A stretch of DNA of 64,000 nucleotides from Prochlorococcus sp. AG-679-M23 (GTDB lineage Bacteria; Cyanobacteriota; Cyanobacteriia; PCC-6307; Cyanobiaceae), in the NCBI GenBank assembly GCA_003208875.1, contig QCUR01000003.1, positions 1-64,000 of the forward strand, given 5' to 3'. The position numbers were made by a program, and so were the translations under genes. Numbering within the stretch: the first letter of the stretch is position 1; each line of letters opens with the position of its first letter. Shown here in pieces: positions 8,782-17,349 of the stretch. The notes under the pieces were generated by a model. The model ran no database searches and had not been told where the DNA came from. It saw nothing but the letters and a program-made list of their open reading frames with translations.

Positions 8782-9540
8782 ATGACCTATATCGAAGAGA
8801 TAAAAAAAAAGGTATATAAAATAGCAGCTATTACTGACAGGGGGCAAAGACTGAACAAATTAATTGCTCCTATGTATCAAGAAAAATCAAAAGAGATGGA
8901 AGAGCTTATTAGAAGTCTTGAAAGTTTTAAAACTGAAGTTACTGAAGAAAAATTATCTGGAGAGTGGGAATTAATTTATTCATCAGTTGAATTATTTAGA
9001 AGTTCTCCTTTTTTTTTAGCCATAGAAAAAGCATTAAGCGATGAATTCAAAAGTAATCTTTTTTTCAAACTTCATCAATTACAAGTTGGATCATTTGGTC
9101 TTTCTACCATTGGAAGAGTTGCTCAAAATATTGATTTTGATAAAAAAGAATTTTTATCAACATTTGATACCACAATATTTGGGCTAACAACAATTCCAAT
9201 TCTTGGTTGGTTTAAGCTTCTTCCAACTTTTGGAGGAAGAGTAATAACACTTTCTGATGATTTAGCTTTAGAAGATAACTTACTTAAAATGAATTTGCAG
9301 AAAACTAAAGTTTCAAAAGTTGATGGACTTAATAAGATTCCATTGCTTAGCACGCTATTAATGGAAAGATGGTATCCAGTCAAAGAAGTCTGGGAGAAAT
9401 TACCATGGAACAAAGAATCCCCTTCTTGCGAGGTATCTGTAATCTATATAGATGACGAAATAAGAATAATGAAAGATATTTATGGTTCATTTTTTGTTTA
9501 TATCAGACCAACAATTTCTATATTAGACGCATACATTTAG
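8782..9540 (+). CDS. PAP/fibrillin family protein
   Basis: TDRGQ, LSGEWELIYSS, FRSSPFF, YIDDEIRI motifs. Confidence 0.85.
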   Translation: MTYIEEIKKKVYKIAAITDRGQRLNKLIAPMYQEKSKEMEELIRSLESFKTEVTEEKLSGEWELIYSSVELFRSSPFFLAIEKALSDEFKSNLFFKLHQLQVGSFGLSTIGRVAQNIDFDKKEFLSTFDTTIFGLTTIPILGWFKLLPTFGGRVITLSDDLALEDNLLKMNLQKTKVSKVDGLNKIPLLSTLLMERWYPVKEVWEKLPWNKESPSCEVSVIYIDDEIRIMKDIYGSFFVYIRPTISILDAYI

Positions 9541-9553
9541 AAAAATACAATTT

Positions 9554-10408
9554 TTAGAAAGTTGAAAATGATGGACTAAATGGCCCTCCTCCAAAACCAC
9601 TCATTCCTCCTGAACCATCAGGGAAGATTGTCATTCCTCTGCCTGTAATGCTGAAATTGACTTCCATACCTTTTGTTTGATTTGATACCACAACTGGAGT
9701 AGTGGGTTGAAAACTCCCAAATAAATGAGTTGAACTCCCACAAGAAGAATCTGCTGTATAAGTTCCTAAATTACCACCACTAACTTGTGCCAGTACTGCT
9801 TTCATAGTCCCAGTAACTCCTGTAGTAAAGACTTCTGCGCCAGCTAACTCTGGGCTTCCCGAACAAGTTTTTCCATTGCTGAAATCCATTAAGTCTTCAT
9901 CAAATTCACTATGAAGTGCTTCTGCTACAGGAGATCCATCACTGGAGGTGTAAAAAGTATTACTGTTGATTTGATAAGTACCTTTTAAACCAAAAGTATT
10001 CTCGATTTTGATATAAGCATGAGGATAAGTACCTGTCGGAGGCCTAAAGTTGGTTCCAGTTAAAGTTTGCGTAGCATTACCACCTAAATCAACTAAACTT
10101 CCCGTTGAGGATTGAAAAGTTGGAGTACAACTGGATTCAGATATTGTATTATCTGTCACTACATCATCATTACTATCAATAGAAGTTCCTGCAAGAGGAT
10201 CAGAAGTGCATAATCCCATTTCATAGACCTTTATTTTATAGGTTGAAGGAGTTATGTAACATGAATCATTAATACTTGATGGATTATCTCCAAAAAGAGA
10301 TTCACATGTGTTTGCATTAACCTTCTCATTGGAAGAAATAATAGAAGCTAATATACAGAAGCCAAAACTTGCTGATGCTTTTAATGAAGTGTTAGAGAAA
10401 AGTTTCAT
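9554..10408 (-). CDS. secreted Ser/Thr/Gly-rich protein with paired cysteines
   Basis: Signal peptide, beta-rich composition, 41 nt downstream of the inverse autotransporter gene. Confidence 0.8.
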   Translation of the reverse strand: MKLFSNTSLKASASFGFCILASIISSNEKVNANTCESLFGDNPSSINDSCYITPSTYKIKVYEMGLCTSDPLAGTSIDSNDDVVTDNTISESSCTPTFQSSTGSLVDLGGNATQTLTGTNFRPPTGTYPHAYIKIENTFGLKGTYQINSNTFYTSSDGSPVAEALHSEFDEDLMDFSNGKTCSGSPELAGAEVFTTGVTGTMKAVLAQVSGGNLGTYTADSSCGSSTHLFGSFQPTTPVVVSNQTKGMEVNFSITGRGMTIFPDGSGGMSGFGGGPFSPSFSTF

Positions 10409-10449
10409 TTGAGATTAATATTAAAAAAAGGTTAGTGATGAAAAAAAGA

Positions 10450-11595
10450 TTAGGAACCTTTAGCTCTGTTTACAAAGCTTCCTAAAGTTCGTTCTAAAAG
10501 AACATCATATTTACGTTTTACTGGTTGAGTCATTTGAGTAATCATGTTTTTCTTATATTCTCGCTTCCCGAACTTAACTGGATTAGAAGTTAGATTCATC
10601 CTTAGACCGAAGAAAGTTTCATCTGTTCCTGGAAGTGATGAATTTAAAGTGGTTGATGCAGATGATATCTCATTAGAAACCCAAGCTTCAAGACCTACAT
10701 GCGGAGTAGCTTGCCAACTAACGGCTCCTTCCAATCCAGAATTATCCTGTGTATATTTATAGTCCCAATTAAAACCTCTTACAAAAAAAGCAAGTTCAGG
10801 ATTATTTGGAAGTCTGTAGCCAAGTTCTACATCCCATCCATCAACTACTCTTTCCTTATATGATGTACCTTTTACAGTTACATCTTTTTCATCGGTAATT
10901 GCCATATACCAGTTGTTTCTTAATTCAAAATCTTTCCAAAGATATTCTCCTCCAAGACCAAGTCTGCTATGAGCATTACTATAGTTAGTCATTCTGTAGT
11001 CCCAGAAAGCATTAGCTCCAAGCATTGACACATCATTTGGACGATGTCTAATACCAAGACCTAAATTTGTAGTTGAACCATCTGCATTTGTAGCTGTAGC
11101 AAATCTTGCTTGAGAAAAAGCAAGAGTCTTAATATTACCCTCATCATCTTGAGCTAGTTCTCCTAGTTTCATCAAACTATTGACAGAGAAACTAGTATCT
11201 GATTCTGTTCCTCCAGAAATATTAACTGTTGTTTGAGCGAAGAAAGGAATACTTTTAATTGAGCTATTAGCTGTTGAATTTATGAAATCGAATCCAGCAT
11301 CAACTAATAACCTTTTACCATCATTGATCATTAAATTAGAATATTCACTACCTTCAGCACCCTCATTCATTAAAGGAACAAACTTAGTTGAATAACTTGC
11401 TCCATTTACTATATATTTATCTAATTTGTTTTTGGGAATATAAATATCTGAATTATTATTTTTGGACGGTTTATCTAGATTGTATAAATAGTTAGACTCA
11501 CTATCAAAATTTGGGGTTGAATAAGAAGAAGGAATAAATGTTCCTAAAAAGGAGGTTGATAAAAAAGCTAAGATTAATTTTGTTCTACTCAACAT
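10450..11595 (-). CDS. inverse autotransporter (intimin/invasin-type) beta-barrel protein without passenger
   Basis: TNLGLGIR, MLGANAFWDY, HSRLGLGGEY, ERVVDGWD, VKRKYDVLLE motifs; likely start ATG 11595 (MLSRTKLIL signal peptide). Confidence 0.87.
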   Translation of the reverse strand: MLSRTKLILAFLSTSFLGTFIPSSYSTPNFDSESNYLYNLDKPSKNNNSDIYIPKNKLDKYIVNGASYSTKFVPLMNEGAEGSEYSNLMINDGKRLLVDAGFDFINSTANSSIKSIPFFAQTTVNISGGTESDTSFSVNSLMKLGELAQDDEGNIKTLAFSQARFATATNADGSTTNLGLGIRHRPNDVSMLGANAFWDYRMTNYSNAHSRLGLGGEYLWKDFELRNNWYMAITDEKDVTVKGTSYKERVVDGWDVELGYRLPNNPELAFFVRGFNWDYKYTQDNSGLEGAVSWQATPHVGLEAWVSNEISSASTTLNSSLPGTDETFFGLRMNLTSNPVKFGKREYKKNMITQMTQPVKRKYDVLLERTLGSFVNRAKGS

Positions 11596-11731
11596 TAAAA
11601 AATTTTTAAAATTATTCCAGTTATAAAAGATTAAATTTGTTTTAATGCTGTTTATTACAAAATTCATAGAAATCTAGTTAAATTAAGTAGAACTACTTAG
11701 AGAAATATCACAAGATCCAAATAAATGAGTT

Positions 11732-12073
11732 ATGTTCAGGATGAACATTTTAAAAATTATGCTTAAAAATAAAGAAAAAAATTCTGTAGTAAGAGGAATT
11801 TTTTTAATTGGAGGTTGGGGTTTAGGTTTAGATAGATTTTACGAAGGAGATAAAAAAGGTGGAGTCTTATCAATTATTGGATGGAGTATTACATTTTTTA
11901 CTTTCCTCTACCTGAAATGTTCTGGATATGAATATGTTGATGGTGTAAAAAATTATTCAGATTACTCCCCAAATCCTTTAATTGTTTTACCTTTGCTAGC
12001 TGGGGTTTATGGAGGGTTTCTTATAATTAAAAAGGCTTTCAGATTAGCTAAACAATTTGAAAACGCTGAGTAA
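11732..12073 (+). CDS. TM2/NINE-domain-like membrane protein
   Basis: GGWGLGLDRFYEG...G motif of TM2 domains. Confidence 0.65.
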   Translation: MFRMNILKIMLKNKEKNSVVRGIFLIGGWGLGLDRFYEGDKKGGVLSIIGWSITFFTFLYLKCSGYEYVDGVKNYSDYSPNPLIVLPLLAGVYGGFLIIKKAFRLAKQFENAE

Positions 12074-12089
12074 TCATCTTAAAAAATAG

Positions 12090-12251
12090 TCAAGATAATA
12101 AACCTGATCCTTTCAGATAAAATTTAAACAAAAGAATAACTAGTAAATTAACAATTGCTAAAGCAACTATTCCATTTCTGTTTTTTACATCTAGCTTTTT
12201 AATTAAATTAGAAAGATAAACGACAGGATTTTCAGGTTCTTTATTGTTCAA
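12090..12251 (-). CDS. small membrane protein (53 aa)
   Basis: TTG start, MNNKEPENPVVYLSNLIKKLDVKNRNGIVALAIVNLLVILLFKFYLKGSGLLS. Confidence 0.45.
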   Translation of the reverse strand: MNNKEPENPVVYLSNLIKKLDVKNRNGIVALAIVNLLVILLFKFYLKGSGLLS

Positions 12252-12342
12252 TATTGATAAAATTAAATTTAAATCAAATTATCACGGATTCTTTTTAAAC
12301 CGAATAATGTAAAGTTTAAACTTTAAAAAGATATATAAGCTA

Positions 12343-12693
12343 TTACATTATTCCTGCATTTCTCAAGAAAGCTTTACCTACATTTCCAATAACAAAAAAT
12401 AAAGACAAATTAATCAAAAGAATTATTAATAGAGCCAACATTTTGTAGTTAGGATTTGATGAAATCCCATCAAATCCATCATTGAGAATTCTTTTAAAAA
12501 GAGAATTATCTTTAAATTCTGGTTTTTTTTCTTTTAAATCAGAGTTTGCTTTTTCTTCTTTAATGTTTTGATTACTTGCTTCTTCAAGGAATTCAGTAAA
12601 TGCTTTAACATTCTCCTCTTTATTACTTTCTTTCTTTATCTCAAAAGATGATTCAATTGAATTTTCCTCAGGAATTTGCTTTGATTCTTCCAA
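12343..12693 (-). CDS. hypothetical protein, acidic N-terminus and C-terminal TM
   Basis: 116-aa ORF. Confidence 0.65.
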   Translation of the reverse strand: MEESKQIPEENSIESSFEIKKESNKEENVKAFTEFLEEASNQNIKEEKANSDLKEKKPEFKDNSLFKRILNDGFDGISSNPNYKMLALLIILLINLSLFFVIGNVGKAFLRNAGIM

Positions 12694-12872
12694 ATTTTAA
12701 ATTTACGCTAGGGACATATTACACCATAAAAAAAACCCACTCAATCAAATGAAGAGAAGGTTAGTTAAGATTAAAGTTCTTAATCTCATATTAATTAATT
12801 TTGATGAGTTTTGCGATTAGAAATTTTTTTAATAAACCAACAGAATTTTAAAAGTAATTATTAAAATAAATT

Positions 12873-13076
12873 ATGCTTGATTCACAAACTATAAAAACCT
12901 GCAAGGAGAATCCAACAATAAGAGACATTAAGATAAAAAATATTGAGCATGCTATTGATCAAGCAGAAATGATGATCAAAGAATCAAAAATGAATCAAGA
13001 AGAATTAAGTTTTTTGAAAAGGAAAATATCTGATTCAAGGCAGGATCTGGAGATTCTTTATTTGATGAAAATTTAA
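12873..13076 (+). CDS. hypothetical coiled-coil protein
   Basis: 67-aa ORF. Confidence 0.6.
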   Translation: MLDSQTIKTCKENPTIRDIKIKNIEHAIDQAEMMIKESKMNQEELSFLKRKISDSRQDLEILYLMKI

Positions 13077-13166
13077 ATAAATAAATGCTTTTAAAATTAA
13101 GTTTTAGTATATTTGGAGACTTAAGAATGTATTGAATAATGTTTATATTTAAAAGAAAATAACATA

Positions 13167-13268
13167 ATGTCAAATAAAAGTTTTTATATACCTATAAAAG
13201 TAGTTCCATATATATTTGTCTCAATTGCTGCTATTACTATCGCTGCTACTACAAATATAATTATTTAG
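13167..13268 (+). CDS. small membrane peptide (33 aa)
   Basis: MSNKSFYIPIKVVPYIFVSIAAITIAATTNIII. Confidence 0.5.
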   Translation: MSNKSFYIPIKVVPYIFVSIAAITIAATTNIII

Positions 13269-13358
13269 TAATTAAGTGCATTGTTTATGAATAATATATA
13301 AAATAATTCAATAGGACGTATTAATTAATCAAAAGAATTAGTTAAGAACAATAAATAC

Positions 13359-13601
13359 ATGAAAAATTTAAGTAGAAATATCGTATTGATTTTTTTATCT
13401 ATAGTCTTCTTAATTAGTTTAAAAACATATCGTGATTTTGTTATTTCTAGTGATTTAAAAAATGAAGAAAAAAATAAATTGAAAAAATCAGCTGAAATCT
13501 TGAATGAATGTTTTGATCTTAATAACAAGAGTAAGAGAACTACAAATGACTCGTTGAAATTGATTGAATATTGTTTAGAAGAATTTGGATCTGAAAAATA
13601 A
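13359..13601 (+). CDS. hypothetical membrane-anchored protein
   Basis: 80 aa, N-terminal TM, two Cys. Confidence 0.6.
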   Translation: MKNLSRNIVLIFLSIVFLISLKTYRDFVISSDLKNEEKNKLKKSAEILNECFDLNNKSKRTTNDSLKLIEYCLEEFGSEK

Positions 13602-13663
13602 TTTAATTAGCATATGCTCAACTACTTATATCTTTTTAAATATCTCATCTAAAATATATAAAA

Positions 13664-13882
13664 ATGTTTATGATTAAAAATAATATTAATAGATGGGAAC
13701 CAACAAAACTGCAAATCGATAATATTATTCTTCCTGCCTATACCGATCTTTCTAAGAGATGTGTTGCTTATATCAATGAACTTGAATGCCCACCACAATA
13801 CATAGCTGATATGTTAAGAGATTTAGCTGAATCAATAATGACTTCATATCCTGAAGTTAAAAAAAATAGTCCTAATATATAG
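13664..13882 (+). CDS. hypothetical protein
   Basis: 72-aa ORF ending 7 nt upstream of the OsmC-family gene. Confidence 0.6.
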   Translation: MFMIKNNINRWEPTKLQIDNIILPAYTDLSKRCVAYINELECPPQYIADMLRDLAESIMTSYPEVKKNSPNI

Positions 13883-13889
13883 TTTTTAA

Positions 13890-14297
13890 ATGAGTAAAAT
13901 TACATGTTCTTATTTAGGGGACTTAAAATGCGAAGCTAAACATCTCCAATCTGGGAATCTAATCACAACTGATGCACCTGTAGATCATTGCGGTAAAGGA
14001 GAAAACTTCTCACCAACTGATTTACTCGCAACCTCTCTAGGATCTTGCCTTCTAACGATTATGTCTATCAAAGCAAGATCAAATGGTTGGGAATTAAAAA
14101 ATATTTATTTAGATATAGAGAAAATAATGACTAAGAATAAAGAAAGGAAAATAGCACAACTAAAAATAGATATTTATATTCCTGATGACTTATCAAAAGA
14201 AAAAATTGATTTTATAAAAAATGCTTCTGAAGATTGTCCTGTCACTAGAAATCTTTCTGAATCGCTTGATATTAAAATAAATTGGCATAACCAATAA
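13890..14297 (+). CDS. OsmC family protein
   Basis: TDAPVD..GKGENFSPTDLLATSLGSC and CPV motifs. Confidence 0.9.
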   Translation: MSKITCSYLGDLKCEAKHLQSGNLITTDAPVDHCGKGENFSPTDLLATSLGSCLLTIMSIKARSNGWELKNIYLDIEKIMTKNKERKIAQLKIDIYIPDDLSKEKIDFIKNASEDCPVTRNLSESLDIKINWHNQ

Positions 14298-14338
14298 ACT
14301 TTACAAAAATAATTTTCAATTTTTAATAATAGGATTAT

Positions 14339-14455
14339 ATGAAAGACTTCATAGGAATAATTATTCTTTTACTTGGAATATTTATAATTACTGATTTAGC
14401 ATTTAAAACTAGATATACCAGAAAAAGACTGTCCGATAAAAACAAGAATGAATAA
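14339..14455 (+). CDS. small membrane protein (38 aa)
   Basis: MKDFIGIIILLLGIFIITDLAFKTRYTRKRLSDKNKNE; AGGA just upstream. Confidence 0.5.
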   Translation: MKDFIGIIILLLGIFIITDLAFKTRYTRKRLSDKNKNE

Positions 14456-14492
14456 GATTATTGTTCTTATAAATCCATATATTAGAAATTAT

Positions 14493-14699
14493 TTAGGATA
14501 CTTTTCTGGACTTTCTATTATTTTTTTCAACCCATGATTTTTGCCTTTTGTTTAAATCTGAGATGTATGCTCGAGATTTTCTCGCTAATTGAATTTTTTT
14601 CTCTCTTTGCCTAAGTTGATTTAACTCTTGAATAGAATAGATTTTAGTATCTTTTTTATGCTTAAAAATACTTAAAAAATTAAGAAAATATTTTTTCAT
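14493..14699 (-). CDS. hypothetical basic protein
   Basis: 68-aa ORF. Confidence 0.5.
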   Translation of the reverse strand: MKKYFLNFLSIFKHKKDTKIYSIQELNQLRQREKKIQLARKSRAYISDLNKRQKSWVEKNNRKSRKVS

Positions 14700-14782
14700 A
14701 GACTTAATCTACTGTCTTTTGTCATTTTGCCAATAGAGAAAAATTACTTCTATTGAATAATAAATTTAAAATAATATTTGAA

Positions 14783-15070
14783 TTATTTATATTTATCAAT
14801 TTTTTTATCAATTAAATCGATTAAAGGAATCATAAAATTAACATTTATGCCTATAGTGCACCATACGTATGTAAGACAAAATATCAACTTTATATATAAG
14901 TTAGAGGGTAAAGTAAGAAACAATTTAAAAAAGCTGCCAATAAATAATATTAATATTCCTATTTGTAATGATCCTTTAACTATCCAAAATAAACCTCGTT
15001 TCCTTATATTCTTGTAGAACCAAAAAAAAATAGCTCCAAAAATAAATAATAAAATTAGATTTATTATCAT
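14783..15070 (-). CDS. hypothetical membrane protein
   Basis: 95 aa, three hydrophobic segments. Confidence 0.65.
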   Translation of the reverse strand: MIINLILLFIFGAIFFWFYKNIRKRGLFWIVKGSLQIGILILFIGSFFKLFLTLPSNLYIKLIFCLTYVWCTIGINVNFMIPLIDLIDKKIDKYK

Positions 15071-15213
15071 GTAAATTCTTTAATAACACCTGTTAATAAT
15101 AATGCTTTGGTTAAAGGAGATTATAAATATTACATTTTTAAAATCAATTTATATTAAAGCTATTAATTTATTATCTATAAAATATTTTTGAAAAACTATG
15201 AATCTAAATTAAT

Positions 15214-15609
15214 TTAAAATAACTTCGATTTTAATAAATCAACCCTCTTTTGATTCACACCAAGGTCACTTTCACCGACTCTAGATTCAGATCTAACAAG
15301 CAATTTACGAGATTCAGGAACAAAAGATACTTCTAAATCGTCAACGTATTTCATCCATTTACTTGTTACTTCAGCATGAAGATAATATCCGTCAAGCTCA
15401 ACTATTACTGATCTTGGAGTATTCTCTATAATTTCTTTAACTTCCTTAAAAGGTTGTTTGATTGAGTCGACTACCCACTCTTCTCTAACACAATGTGCTA
15501 TTTCAACACACTCACTCAATTCAATGTGAGAGGCAAATGAAGCTGAGGGAAATATAAATCCTATGAATATAAAAAAACTTACAAAAAAGATTTTCATTAA
15601 AACAAGCAT
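15214..15609 (-). CDS. DUF1499 family protein
   Basis: YVDDLE...VRSESRVGESDLGVNQKRV motif. Confidence 0.9.
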   Translation of the reverse strand: MLVLMKIFFVSFFIFIGFIFPSASFASHIELSECVEIAHCVREEWVVDSIKQPFKEVKEIIENTPRSVIVELDGYYLHAEVTSKWMKYVDDLEVSFVPESRKLLVRSESRVGESDLGVNQKRVDLLKSKLF

Positions 15610-15734
15610 AAACTTTTCTTAATCTAACCAACAAAAATAAAAATTTGGTGGAATAATATTTAGTAAAATTTATATCTTACAGAAGAGCTAAAACTTCTAA
15701 GATTTAGAATTACGTTTCAATAAATCTAAATATT

Positions 15735-16025
15735 GTGGAATTAACTGAACTAATAAAAGATTATATAGCCACAGAATTATTATCTAATATTGAACTTGAC
15801 TTTCTAGAAGGAGAATTATGGGAAACCATTCAACATATTTCTGAGATAAATACATTAACAATGGCTCCAAAGGATATATGCATTAAATTAGAACTTAAGG
15901 AAAAATCATGCTGGCAATTATGTTGTGCTGCAGTACTCGATTTTTCAAGACCTTTAAAGGAGAAAAATGAAAGAGTTGAAAATTTCAACAAATTATTAAA
16001 TAAATATAACCTTTACAGTAAATAA
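15735..16025 (+). CDS. hypothetical protein
   Basis: 96-aa ORF, GTG start. Confidence 0.6.
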   Translation: MELTELIKDYIATELLSNIELDFLEGELWETIQHISEINTLTMAPKDICIKLELKEKSCWQLCCAAVLDFSRPLKEKNERVENFNKLLNKYNLYSK

Positions 16026-16047
16026 AAAAGACCCCTAAAAGGGGCCT
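16024..16047 (-). terminator. intrinsic terminator of Yfr2
   Basis: AGGCCCC-TTTTA-GGGGTCT followed by a T-run on the minus strand. Confidence 0.85.
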
Positions 16048-16113
16048 AAATTGGTTTTAACAAATCAAGTGTTTCCTTGTTTCCACTGATTTAATAAAAC
16101 CTCTCCTACACAC
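16024..16113 (-). ncRNA. yfr2: Yfr2-family sRNA
   Basis: Minus strand: 5' GUGUGUAGGAG, stem AAAUCAGUG/CACUUGAUUU with loop GGAAACAAGGAAACA (family hallmark), then intrinsic terminator. Confidence 0.9.
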
Positions 16114-16199
16114 AGATCAAACTTCACATGATTTTTTGAAAGAGTAAATACTTATTAGGCAAGAATATTAACTGTCACAAAGCTAAAAACAAAAAAGTA

Positions 16200-16290
16200 C
16201 TCAAATTATTGTTCGAATACTTATTACTATCAGAAAAATGTGTGTGAGGAGTTTCTGATTCAATTAATCTACACTTATTCAAATTAAAAA
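16200..16290 (-). ncRNA. Yfr1-motif sRNA (Yfr10-like), boundaries approximate
   Basis: Minus strand ACUCCUCACAC (16242-16252) presented in the loop of an 8-bp stem (16229-16236/16252-16259). Confidence 0.65.
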
Positions 16291-16379
16291 AGCTTCAGTA
16301 TTAATCGCTATTTATTCAGATTTATTTACTTATTAAAAAATAAAACTAGAATATTTGGATTGGTACAAGATATTATCAG

Positions 16380-16526
16380 ATGAAAAAAAGGTACAAGAAA
16401 GTAATTTACATTTTTACTACAATTATCCTTATTTCAATTATTGGAGGAGTTGTAAAATATTCATTTAAATACATCGACGAAAATCCTGATAAATATATTC
16501 CTAAAACGAAGCAAATAATAATTTAA
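16380..16526 (+). CDS. small membrane protein (48 aa)
   Basis: MKKRYKKVIYIFTTIILISIIGGVVKYSFKYIDENPDKYIPK... Confidence 0.5.
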   Translation: MKKRYKKVIYIFTTIILISIIGGVVKYSFKYIDENPDKYIPKTKQIII

Positions 16527-16702
16527 ATCTTTTTCGATTAAATTTTTTCAAATATTTTTTCAAATTCCTTATTTCTTTTGATAAACATAGATTCTGAATA
16601 CTTAATAAAATAACTAAGCTTAAAAAGAAATTATTTGAGTATAAATCCACTTTCCAAAATAATAAATCTATCTTATAAACTTCTCAATAATTGGAGGACT
16701 TT

Positions 16703-16843
16703 ATGAAAAGAAAAAACACATTTTTTATAAATAAAGAAAATAATCAAGAAGAATTTAAAGCAAAACATAATTATCAAATAGTAGAAGAATATTGGAGGAA
16801 AAGAAAAAAAGAATGTGAAAAGAATCTCTCTAAATTTTGCTAA
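16703..16843 (+). CDS. small protein (46 aa)
   Basis: GGAGG RBS 5 nt upstream of ATG; ...EEYWRKRKKECEKNLSKFC. Confidence 0.55.
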   Translation: MKRKNTFFINKENNQEEFKAKHNYQIVEEYWRKRKKECEKNLSKFC

Positions 16844-16852
16844 CCAAAAATT

Positions 16853-17101
16853 ATGAATTTTATTATTTCTATTTTTCTAGCTTCTGTTATGTGGGTTCAA
16901 GTTCCTCAATGGGAGGCTGATTGGTCAAAGTGTGCCGTAGATGTTCCGGATACTTCGTGTCATTGGTATGTCGCTGCACCAGATAATACCTTTGGAGAAG
17001 GATTTGATTGGGAAAGTGCTCCTTGGTTTGATGCTAACGGACTTCAAGATGTCGCAAAAATTGAGAAAGAAAGTGTAGTAGAAAAGCTCCAAAAAAATTA
17101 G
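16853..17101 (+). CDS. conserved hypothetical Trp-rich secreted protein
   Basis: WVQVPQWEADWSKC...CHWY...APDNTFGEGFDWESAPWF. Confidence 0.8.
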   Translation: MNFIISIFLASVMWVQVPQWEADWSKCAVDVPDTSCHWYVAAPDNTFGEGFDWESAPWFDANGLQDVAKIEKESVVEKLQKN

Positions 17102-17194
17102 ATAAAATTCAATTTATAAATTACATTTTTTGCAATAAAGTATTTATTTACTTTCAAATATTATTTAAAATAGAAATGACTTTTTAATATTTCA

Positions 17195-17341
17195 ATGCGC
17201 TTCAAAGTAAGTTTAAAAAAAGATGGCAAAGAATTTGATGAGGTTGTGATAGCAAACAATAAGAAAGATGCTATTGAAGTGGCTTTAAAAAACAACCCAA
17301 AAGCAGAGGTCCTTAATTCAGATTGGACATTCAAACTTTGA
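17195..17341 (+). CDS. small protein (48 aa)
   Basis: MRFKVSLKKDGKEFDEVVIANNKKDAIEVALKNNPKAEVLNSDWTFKL. Confidence 0.65.
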   Translation: MRFKVSLKKDGKEFDEVVIANNKKDAIEVALKNNPKAEVLNSDWTFKL

Positions 17342-17349
17342 AAAAAGTT

